Assembly (NCBI GenBank): GCA_044222475.1
Contig: JBGANF010000008.1
Span: forward strand, 98,688 to 117,567
Direction: 5' to 3'
Source: Polyangiaceae bacterium
Lineage (GTDB): Bacteria > Myxococcota_A > Polyangia > Polyangiales > Polyangiaceae
DNA: 18,880 bases
Under the pieces are notes generated by a model. That model was given only the letters and a program-made list of their open reading frames with translations, searched no databases and had not been told where the DNA came from. Below, piece after piece: positions 1-7,071 of this stretch. Position 1 is the stretch's first letter; the number at the start of each line of letters is the position of its first letter. The translations under genes were made by a program, and so were the position numbers.

Positions 1-1319
1 GCAAGGCGGTGATGATCAAGCACGAGTGTCGCCGCTGCCACGAGATCGACGACCTGCCGGCGGCGTCGCGGCCCAACGGGTGCACGAGCTGCCACTTGTG
101 GCTCAAGGGCCTCAAGCCCGAGGACAAGCAGTACAAGGACATCGTCTCGAAGTACGGCGAGCCGATCGTCCAGCGGTACCAGCGGAACATCGTTCACCTG
201 GAGCGCGTGCCCGAGCTCACCGGCATCGGCAAGCGGGTGCGTGCAGACTACATCGAAAAATTCCTCGCCGAGCCGTACGACCAGCGGCCGACGCTCGAGG
301 AGAGCATGTTCCGCCACAAGCTCACCGATGCGGAGATCCGCTCGGTCGCGCGCTACTTCGCCGCGATGGTCGACGCGCCGGATCCGTGGGCCGCCGGCTA
401 CGTGGCGCCCGTCGTCGCCAAGCCCGACGCGGCGCGCATCGAAGAAGGTCGAAAGCTCTTCCTCGGAAAGGGCTGCGTCGCCTGCCACACCTACGGCAAC
501 GTCGAGACGGGCATGACTCGCGAGACGCTCGAAGCCGCGCGCGGAGCGAACGCGCTCGCGCCGAACCTCCGGTTCGTGAAGGATCGGACCCGGCTCGACG
601 CCATCGTCACCTGGATCATGGCGCCCCAGTCCCTCGCGCCGAAGACGACGATGCCGGGCAGCGGCGCGACCGTCGGCGAGGCCGAGGCGATTCGCGACTT
701 CCTCCTCTACGGCGACCCGCAGCTCAAGCCCGCGCCTGCCACGTACGAGATCAAGCCGCCGGCGATTCTTCCGCGTCCGGTGCCCTACGCCGAGATGAAG
801 GAGAAGGTGCTCGGCAAGGTCTGCGTCCACTGCCACATGAACGACTACGAGAAGGACACCGGACCGGGCAATCACGGCGGCTTCGGGTATGCCGGCATCG
901 GGCTCGCGGTGCGCACGTACGAGACGATGGTCGCCGGCGCCGTCGGCCCGGACGGAAAGCGCTACTCGATTTTCCAGCCGCGTCCCGGGGAGACGATGCC
1001 CCACGTGCTGGTCGTCATGCTCCAGCGTCGCATCGAGGAGCAGCGTGATCACGTCCCCGCGTTCGCCGACTACGAGCGGCCGTCGTACCCGAAGGGGATG
1101 CTCGGCATGCCGATCGGTCTACCGAGCATGGACGACGAGGCGATGTCGATCCTCGCGACGTGGATCGCGCAAGGCTGCAAAGGGCCGACGGCCATCACCG
1201 GAAAGACCGGCGTCAACGACGGGTACCTCGTCCCCGACGGGCCGCTCAAGAAGAACGAAGGCTGCGAGCTCCGCGGTCCAGAGAAGCCGCGCCCGGCCTG
1301 GGCGTTCGATCAGAAATGA
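1..1319 (+). CDS. c-type cytochrome with four CxxCH haem-binding motifs, 5'-partial (frame continues from position 3; ORF track starts at GTG 9 / ATG 12)
   Basis: Four CxxCH motifs are present in the translation: CRRCH, CTSCH, CVACH and CVHCH. GC3 is high in this frame. No signal peptide precedes the first haem motif, and the frame is open to the window edge, so the true N-terminus probably lies upstream. The stop TGA at 1317-1319 overlaps the next ATG. Confidence 0.75.
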   Translation, partial: KAVMIKHECRRCHEIDDLPAASRPNGCTSCHLWLKGLKPEDKQYKDIVSKYGEPIVQRYQRNIVHLERVPELTGIGKRVRADYIEKFLAEPYDQRPTLEESMFRHKLTDAEIRSVARYFAAMVDAPDPWAAGYVAPVVAKPDAARIEEGRKLFLGKGCVACHTYGNVETGMTRETLEAARGANALAPNLRFVKDRTRLDAIVTWIMAPQSLAPKTTMPGSGATVGEAEAIRDFLLYGDPQLKPAPATYEIKPPAILPRPVPYAEMKEKVLGKVCVHCHMNDYEKDTGPGNHGGFGYAGIGLAVRTYETMVAGAVGPDGKRYSIFQPRPGETMPHVLVVMLQRRIEEQRDHVPAFADYERPSYPKGMLGMPIGLPSMDDEAMSILATWIAQGCKGPTAITGKTGVNDGYLVPDGPLKKNEGCELRGPEKPRPAWAFDQK

Positions 1320-2980
1320 CCAAGCGCCTCGCGACCCCGATCGAGAACATCGCCTACCGCTACGACGTCGTCGTCGTCGGCTCGGGGTACGGCGCGGCCA
1401 TCACCGCGGCGCGGCTCGCGCAGGCCGGGCTCAAGGTTGCCGTGCTCGAGCGCGGTCGCGAGTGGATCCCCGGCGAGTTCCCCGCCGACGAGGCCTCGGT
1501 CGCGAAGGCGGTGCGCACGCCGCTCACTCCGCTCGGGCTCTTCGACGCGAACGTGCAGCCCTCGAACGACCTCGACGTCGTCGTCGGCTGCGGCCTCGGC
1601 GGCACGTCGCTCATCAACGCGGGCATCTCGCTCCGGCCCGAAGCCGAGGTCTTCGCCCAGCCGGAGTGGCCGAAGGCCATCCGCGACGCGTGGAGCGACG
1701 GCTCCCTCGCCCACTACTACGATCGCGCCGAGGAGATGCTCGGCGCGTACTCCGACGACTCGCTGGGCGAGATGACGAAGGTGCGCCTACATCGCGATCT
1801 CGTCGAAGCGCGCGGTGTGAAGCACGGCCTGATGAAGCTCAACGTGACGCGCCACGCGCACGAGCGTCACGGCATCGCGCTCGCGCCGTGCACCCACTGC
1901 GGTGACTGCGTCGCGGGCTGCAACGTCGGCGCGAAGAACACCCTCGCCACGAACTACCTGCCGCTCGCGAAGCACCACGGCGCGAAGCTCTTCACCGGCG
2001 TCGAGGTCCGCACGGTGTTGCCCGCCGATCCGGGTTGGGAGATCTCGTTCCGCCTCGCCGAGAGCGACGTCGCCGGCACCGTGCGCGCGGCCACCGTGGT
2101 GCTCGGCGCAGGATCGATGGGCTCGACCGAGATCCTGCTCCGCTCCAAGCTCGGCGGTCTTCCGCTCGGAGCGATGGTCGGCGCGCGTTTCTCCGGCAAC
2201 GCCGACATCATGGCGCTCAGCTACGCCGGAAAGACCCGCACCGACGTGCTCGGCTACGGCGCCACCGTGAAGGGCGTCCGAGAGGGTTGGCCCGTCGGCA
2301 CCACCATCAGCTCCTACGGCGATTTCCGCCGCGGGCCGGCGAAGAACTTCCAAGAGCGGTTCCTCCTCCTCCAAGGCGCCATCCCGACCGCGCTCGCGAC
2401 GCTCGTGTCGCGCGTGTTCGGCGCATGGGGTTTGGTCTCCGCCGACGCGCGCCAGCGCGCGTTGATCCAGAAGGACCTCACCTCGCTGACCGGGCCCGAC
2501 CCCGACGGCGCGTTGAACCACTCGATGCTGTTCCTTGCCTGCGGTCACGACTCCGGGACCGGGCGTCTCGTCCTCGACGACGCGGACGATCGCGTGCACG
2601 TCGAATGGAAGGGCGTCGGCGACGAGCACTGCTTCGCCGCGATCACGGACGAGATGGTCGCGCTCACCGAAGCGCACGGCGGGCTCTTCGCGCCCAACCC
2701 GCGGAGCACGCTCCTCGGTGGTGATCGTCAGATGACGGTGCACCCGCTCGGCGGTCTGCCAATGGGCGACGACGTGGACCACGGCGCCGTGAACCATCGC
2801 GGGCGCGTGTTCGACACCGAGGGTGGCTTCCACCTCGGGCTCTACGTGGTCGACGGATCGATCGTGCCGCGTTCGCTAGGCGTGACGCCGCTGCTCACGA
2901 TCTCGGCGCTCGCCGAGCGCGCGGCCGAGTCGATCGTTCGTCACGTGACGAAGAAGGCGCCCGGGACGACCCGGACCTGA
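1316..2980 (+). CDS. GMC-family FAD-dependent oxidoreductase, cholesterol-oxidase-like
   Basis: The ATG at 1316 overlaps the upstream stop (ATGA). The N-terminus is a Rossmann motif, 'YDVVVVGSGYGAAITAARLAQAGLKVAVLERG'. A downstream 'VVGCGLGGTSLINAGISL' segment resembles the class I cholesterol oxidase/GMC pattern. The protein is 554 aa with no N-terminal signal or Tat motif. The family call is from memory of the motifs, not a search. Confidence 0.85.
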   Translation: MTKRLATPIENIAYRYDVVVVGSGYGAAITAARLAQAGLKVAVLERGREWIPGEFPADEASVAKAVRTPLTPLGLFDANVQPSNDLDVVVGCGLGGTSLINAGISLRPEAEVFAQPEWPKAIRDAWSDGSLAHYYDRAEEMLGAYSDDSLGEMTKVRLHRDLVEARGVKHGLMKLNVTRHAHERHGIALAPCTHCGDCVAGCNVGAKNTLATNYLPLAKHHGAKLFTGVEVRTVLPADPGWEISFRLAESDVAGTVRAATVVLGAGSMGSTEILLRSKLGGLPLGAMVGARFSGNADIMALSYAGKTRTDVLGYGATVKGVREGWPVGTTISSYGDFRRGPAKNFQERFLLLQGAIPTALATLVSRVFGAWGLVSADARQRALIQKDLTSLTGPDPDGALNHSMLFLACGHDSGTGRLVLDDADDRVHVEWKGVGDEHCFAAITDEMVALTEAHGGLFAPNPRSTLLGGDRQMTVHPLGGLPMGDDVDHGAVNHRGRVFDTEGGFHLGLYVVDGSIVPRSLGVTPLLTISALAERAAESIVRHVTKKAPGTTRT

Positions 2981-2983
2981 TCT

Positions 2984-3976
2984 TCACGGGGCCAGCGGGC
3001 CGATGTAGCGCTTCGCGGCCACGAGGTTGTCGTACCACTTGTGGGTCGTGCTCTGCGGGTTGCTCCCCGCGTGGAGCCCGATGTTGAAGCGGTCGATCTT
3101 CAGCGTGTCGATGTCGCGGAAGCGAAGGTTGGGGAAGTCCGCGATGAGCTGGCCATCGAGCCACAGCGTGATCCGCCCGTCGCGCTGACCCACGGTGTTC
3201 GCCTTGAGCAGCACCTCGTAGCAGTACCAACGATCGAGATCGACGGTGACCTCGGGGCGCGGCACGAACGTCGGCCCGAAGTTGTTCGGGATGCTCGTGT
3301 TCGGCTGCACGAGCCCCGACGGGAAGAAGTGGTCGCCGTAGTTGCTCCGCTGCTCCGGGTGGTAGACGTACACGTTGAGCATCCCGGGCGACTTGTCGGT
3401 CGTGGCGCCGCGCCAGCTCTCGAACTCGATGAGGAACTTGTTCGTGCCGTTGGCCGGTACGCCCGGCGTGGCGTTGTTGCCTTGGAAGTAGTGCGCCGAG
3501 ATGCCGCCGCCGTTGTGGCTCGAGCCGGTGATGTCGAAGTTCTTGTCGAACTTCGAGTAGAAGCGCAGGTAGAGCTGGTCGAGCTCGGTCTTGAGGATCT
3601 TCTGCACCGCGTTCGAGAGCTCGGTGTTCCCCTGCGGCTCGGTGAACTCGAGCGCTTGCTTGCCGGCCTTCACGTTGGCGGGATCGGTGACGATCTTCGT
3701 CTGCGCTTGCTGGAAGTAGTTGTCCCACTTCTTCGTGAGGTCCGTCGCCGTGGCGTAGCTCTCGAAGTCGTCGGCGAAGATCACGTCGGGATCGCTCTCG
3801 ATCCCTTTGTCGCCGGGGTACTTCGACGCGATGCCGCCGCCGCCGCCGTCGGGTCCGGGCCCCGTGTCGGGCACCGAGGTCACGTCGGTTCCGGAGTCCG
3901 GCGCGGGCGTGGTCGACGAGCCGTCATCCGAGCAGCCCGCGAGCAGCGCGACACACAGCATGGCAAAGCGACGCAT
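2984..3976 (-). CDS. Lipoprotein of unknown function, 330 aa, possibly a secreted carbohydrate-binding or hydrolase-like fold
   Basis: An internal ATG at 3976 yields 'MRRFAMLCVALLAGCSDDGSS', a signal peptide with an LAGC lipobox. A GGGAGG Shine-Dalgarno sits 8 nt upstream at 3985-3990 on the minus strand. A Gly/Asp/Pro-rich linker follows, then a mixed beta-rich domain. The longer ORF start at 4213 is rejected because it has no signal peptide and the SD position favours 3976. Confidence 0.8.
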   Translation of the reverse strand: MRRFAMLCVALLAGCSDDGSSTTPAPDSGTDVTSVPDTGPGPDGGGGGIASKYPGDKGIESDPDVIFADDFESYATATDLTKKWDNYFQQAQTKIVTDPANVKAGKQALEFTEPQGNTELSNAVQKILKTELDQLYLRFYSKFDKNFDITGSSHNGGGISAHYFQGNNATPGVPANGTNKFLIEFESWRGATTDKSPGMLNVYVYHPEQRSNYGDHFFPSGLVQPNTSIPNNFGPTFVPRPEVTVDLDRWYCYEVLLKANTVGQRDGRITLWLDGQLIADFPNLRFRDIDTLKIDRFNIGLHAGSNPQSTTHKWYDNLVAAKRYIGPLAP

Positions 3977-4013
3977 GTCGATGACCTCCCAGCCTTCGAG
4001 GTTACCATGGGGC

Positions 4014-5045
4014 ATGGCTCCTGTCGGGGCATGCACCGAACGCGAGCTCTTCGACGACGTCGACCTGTGCACCCCTCGCGGTCGACTCGCGCCGGCGGCC
4101 GTCGGCTGGGCGCGAAGGCCGCTGCACCGGTGCGCGCTTCCGGGCACCTGGGGCCGAAACAAGCGGTGGGACTTCTGGGGCGTCATCGGTCCGGGTTTCG
4201 CCCTCAGCCTCACCTACGCCGACGTGGACTACCTCGGCCTCGTCGACGTGTGGTTCCACGACTTCTCCACCGCGCGCACGTTCGCGCGCTCGAGGATGGT
4301 GCCCCTCGCGCGCGGGATGTCGCTCCCGGATCGGCCCTTCGGAGCGCCGATTCGGTTCGCCCGACGCGGCCTCGAGCTGTCGTTCGTCGAGGTCGACGGC
4401 GGAACCCGTCTCGTCGCGATGTACCAAGATGGTACGAACGAGTTCGAGGCGGACGTCGTCGTCGAGCGGCCCGTCGGTCACGAGTCGCTCAGCGTGGTCA
4501 TCCCGTGGAGCAAGCGGCGCTTCCAGTGCACGACGAAGGACGTCGCCCGACCCGCGCGGGGTGCCGTGCGGTGGAACGGCGAGCGCTGGTCGCTCGCGCC
4601 GGCCTCGTCGTGGGGCTGCCTCGACTTCGGTCGCGGCAAGTGGCCCTGGCGCACGAAGTGGAACTGGGGCGCGGCGGCGGCGAACGTCGCCGGCCATCGC
4701 GTCGGGCTCCAGCTCGGCGGGAAGTGGACCGTCGGCACCGGCATGACGGAGAACGCCCTCTCGGTCGACGGGCGGCTGTCGAAGATCTCCGAGGAGCTCG
4801 AGTGGACCTACGACCCGCGCGACTGGCTCCGCCCGTGGACGATCCGCGCGCCGCGCACGAAGCGCGTCGCTCTTCGGTTCACCCCGACCTACGACAAGGT
4901 CTCGCGGATCGAAGCCGGCGTCGTCAGCGCGAAGGTGGACCAGTGCTTCGGCACCTACGAGGGGACGATCGTGCCGGATGACGGGCACGAAATCCGGATT
5001 GCGGGCATGTTCGGCTGGGCCGAAGAAGCGACGTGGCGCTGGTAG
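4014..5045 (+). CDS. Trp-rich hypothetical protein, DUF2804-like, 343 aa
   Basis: High GC3 begins at ATG 4014, with GAGG 12 nt upstream. The upstream in-frame segment 3960-4013 has atypical codons (tta, cca) and overlaps the divergent lipoprotein start. Motifs such as 'KRWDFWGVIGPGFALSLTYADVDYLGLVDVWFHD' and 'GKWPWRTKWNWGAAAAN' recall the DUF2804 family. That is from memory and unverified. Confidence 0.65.
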   Translation: MAPVGACTERELFDDVDLCTPRGRLAPAAVGWARRPLHRCALPGTWGRNKRWDFWGVIGPGFALSLTYADVDYLGLVDVWFHDFSTARTFARSRMVPLARGMSLPDRPFGAPIRFARRGLELSFVEVDGGTRLVAMYQDGTNEFEADVVVERPVGHESLSVVIPWSKRRFQCTTKDVARPARGAVRWNGERWSLAPASSWGCLDFGRGKWPWRTKWNWGAAAANVAGHRVGLQLGGKWTVGTGMTENALSVDGRLSKISEELEWTYDPRDWLRPWTIRAPRTKRVALRFTPTYDKVSRIEAGVVSAKVDQCFGTYEGTIVPDDGHEIRIAGMFGWAEEATWRW

Positions 5046-5086
5046 GCATCGGGGGTGTCGATTTCGTGATCAAACCTGCCGATGCC

Positions 5087-5097
5087 GGGAATTTCCC
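5087..5097. promoter_or_regulatory. Palindrome GGGAA-t-TTCCC, 12 nt upstream of the 5110 start codon
   Basis: Five-bp arms with a 1-nt spacer are read directly from the sequence. A second inverted repeat, GCATCGG (5046-5052) and CCGATGC (5079-5085), lies in the same 64-bp intergenic region. Confidence 0.3.
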
Positions 5098-5109
5098 CCC
5101 GACGGACCC

Positions 5110-5529
5110 ATGAACACCGCAGAGCTGGAAGCGCTGATCAGGGAGCGGAAGGCCGTGGAGCTCGACCTCCGCCATCAGGTGAATGAACGGCTGGAACGCC
5201 GACGAGCCGAGATCGACGACGCCGTGAGGTCGGCGATGAACCACTCGCGCCGTCACGTCGTCGCGACGTTCATGTACCTCTACCCGACAGGCGGTGCGAT
5301 CGACGAGTTCGAGAAGCACCTCCAGCAGAGCGGATGGCATCGCACCCAACTCCCCGCCGATGGTTGGGCCCGCCCGATGGAGCGCGGGACGACTTTTCCC
5401 GACGCGGTGAAGCTCGCTCACGACGAGATTGACCGAGCCCGTACACACGCGATGGCGGCGGTGAGGGTCAGTTGCAAGTTCGTCGTGAACGGCGTCCGCG
5501 TCGGGAGCTTCAAGGTCCTGTCGCTCTGA
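5110..5529 (+). CDS. Small hypothetical protein, 139 aa, with a predicted coiled-coil N-terminus
   Basis: The ATG at 5110 follows a low-GC3 non-coding stretch. The frame shows moderate GC3 bias, noticeably lower than neighbours, with several rare codons (gca, gaa, agg, aat, aca, ggt, act, ttt, att, agt). The N-terminus 'ELEALIRERKAVELDLRHQVNERLERRRAEIDD' is heptad-like. No family was recognised. Confidence 0.5.
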   Translation: MNTAELEALIRERKAVELDLRHQVNERLERRRAEIDDAVRSAMNHSRRHVVATFMYLYPTGGAIDEFEKHLQQSGWHRTQLPADGWARPMERGTTFPDAVKLAHDEIDRARTHAMAAVRVSCKFVVNGVRVGSFKVLSL

Positions 5530-5541
5530 CGCCCGGCTCGC

Positions 5542-5997
5542 TCATCGGGCGAGCGCGTACTGCTGCGGCGCCGGCGGCAGCGAGGCGCGCGCCTGCTGGA
5601 ACGTCTGCACCATGCCCTCGGCGGCGCCGAAGTTGTCCTTCATCCAGAAGCGACCGAGGACGACGGTCTTGTCGAACCCGCGAGCCTGCGCCTTCACCGA
5701 GAGGTTCTTGTTGAAGATGCCCCAGCCGAGCTCCGTGCGATCGACCTCGTGCCAGCCGAGCGCGTCGACTTGCTTCGCCGCGTAGCCGCTGAGCAGGCCG
5801 CCGTACTGGATGAAGAGGAGGCGCTGGTTCGTCGCGGCGACGAGGTAGTTGCGCCAGAGGAAGCTCCCGAGACGGGAGAAGAGGCGCGAGTACCACGGCT
5901 TCTCGACGCCGCGGGCGCGGTAGAGCATGCGCTCGTTCGGGCCGAGCTGCGCTTGAATGAGGGACATCGCGTGCTGTTCGCTGAAAGTAAGTGCCAT
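5542..5997 (-). CDS. Bacterial PH-domain-like protein (bPH/YcxB-like), 151 aa
   Basis: The ATG at 5997 has an AGGAGAG SD about 7 nt upstream. GC3 is high. The 'ERMLYRARG...WRNYLVAATNQRLLFIQYGGLL...LGWHEV' pattern looks like bacterial pleckstrin-homology proteins ('TNQRLLF', strand-loop alternation). This is recalled, not searched. Confidence 0.7.
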   Translation of the reverse strand: MALTFSEQHAMSLIQAQLGPNERMLYRARGVEKPWYSRLFSRLGSFLWRNYLVAATNQRLLFIQYGGLLSGYAAKQVDALGWHEVDRTELGWGIFNKNLSVKAQARGFDKTVVLGRFWMKDNFGAAEGMVQTFQQARASLPPAPQQYALAR

Positions 5998-6062
5998 GAT
6001 CGTTCTCTCCTGTTGTGAGCGACTCAGCGTCGCGTCGTGTGCGGAGAGTTACGGGGGGTGGG

Positions 6063-6093
6063 CATCAAACCCCCATCAAACGAGCCATCAAAT
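6063..6093. promoter_or_regulatory. Three phased direct repeats CATCAAA(C/T) in the divergent intergenic region between the PH-domain gene and the creatininase-family gene
   Basis: CATCAAAC occurs at 6063-6070 and at 6074-6081, and CATCAAAT at 6086-6093, a spacing of 11-12 bp (one helical turn). They sit in the largest non-coding gap of the window (5998-6120). A GGGGGG...CCCCC inverted repeat flanks the first copy. Confidence 0.35.
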
Positions 6094-6120
6094 CGCGGCG
6101 TTGCCGTAAGATGACCGCCC

Positions 6121-7071
6121 ATGGACGTGTTGCTCCAGGATCTCCCGGTGGCCGACGCGAAGAAGCTCCTCGCGAGCGGCGCGCCGGTATTTCTCCCGGT
6201 GAACCCGGTCGAGTACCACGGCCCACACCTCTCGCTGCACAACGACCGGCTGATCTCCACGGGCCTCGCACGCGACGTGCACGCGCGTCTTCCCGGCGGT
6301 CACCCGTTCGTCCTCGCGGCCGATCTCGAGGTCGGTGTCGACCCGACGCCCGGTCCGGGGACGCGCTTCGTTCCGTTTCCCATCGTGCGCGACGTCGTCC
6401 TCGAGGCATGCCGCGCGCTGCACGCGATGGGAGCACGAACCGTCATCGCGATGACGTGGCACGGGGCACCGCTTCATTGCATCGCGATCGAGCCCGGCCT
6501 CGAGTGGTTGCGCTCCCGCGGTGTCGTCGCGCTGAACCCGTTCTGCCTCGCCATGCGCGAGCAGTGTCGCCTCGAAGGCGCACGCTTCGCGCGCGCGTTC
6601 GATCACGTCGCCGACCTCGAGCTCCGCGCGAAGATGATCGAGTCGCTTCGCTACGACTTCCACGCCGGCTTCTTCGAGACGTCGATGACGCTCCACTACG
6701 CGCCCCACACCGTGTCGAAGATTCACCTCGACCTACCGCCGTGCCCGCCGCTCGTCGCCGACAAGAAGACGCTCGGGCTCGCGCGCACCGCGGCGGCGGT
6801 CGGCCGGATCGAGCTCGCCGACGAGCTCGCGATGGTCGCGCACGGGCTCGCGTGGCACGCGCTGAAGCCGTTCCCCGGATACACCGGGCACCCGCACCTC
6901 GCGCGCGCGGCGAGCGGCGCGATCTTCGCGAAGGAGGTCGCCGACGGCTACGCAGCGCTCATCGGCGACGTCGTCGCCGGGCGCGCCGACGCACCCGCGC
7001 CGCCGATGCAGTGGATCGCGAAGCTCACCGCGAACGGGCGCTTCGCGCCGAAGCTCCCGAGCGCGAAGTAG
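6121..7071 (+). CDS. Creatininase-family (creatinine amidohydrolase-like) metal-dependent hydrolase
   Basis: 'LPVNPVEYHGPHLSLHND' matches the creatininase-family E-x-HG-P-HLP-x-x-D active-site signature. GC3 is high. The protein is 316 aa. Confidence 0.85.
   Translation: MDVLLQDLPVADAKKLLASGAPVFLPVNPVEYHGPHLSLHNDRLISTGLARDVHARLPGGHPFVLAADLEVGVDPTPGPGTRFVPFPIVRDVVLEACRALHAMGARTVIAMTWHGAPLHCIAIEPGLEWLRSRGVVALNPFCLAMREQCRLEGARFARAFDHVADLELRAKMIESLRYDFHAGFFETSMTLHYAPHTVSKIHLDLPPCPPLVADKKTLGLARTAAAVGRIELADELAMVAHGLAWHALKPFPGYTGHPHLARAASGAIFAKEVADGYAALIGDVVAGRADAPAPPMQWIAKLTANGRFAPKLPSAK

Noticed and set aside
889-2833. Several 300-350-aa ORFs in other frames or strands (889..1905, 1787..2833 minus, 2035..2724)
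   Set aside because: They overlap the cytochrome and GMC genes, which have strong motif support. The alternates give Arg/Ser/Pro-rich nonsense typical of off-frame high-GC DNA.
3977-4213. N-terminal extension of the lipoprotein ORF (MRLRAKPG...)
   Set aside because: The extension has no signal peptide, whereas the internal ATG at 3976 gives a canonical lipoprotein signal with a GGGAGG SD at the right distance.
3041-4981. 646-aa plus-strand ORF
   Set aside because: It is antisense to the lipoprotein gene and runs out of frame across the DUF2804-like gene. Its Arg/Ala/Val-rich translation is typical of a high-GC antisense frame, and its GC3 bias is not the coding one.
5087-5097. GGGAATTTCCC resembling a eukaryotic NF-kB site
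   Set aside because: This is a coincidence of palindromic form. It is reported only as a generic bacterial operator-like palindrome.
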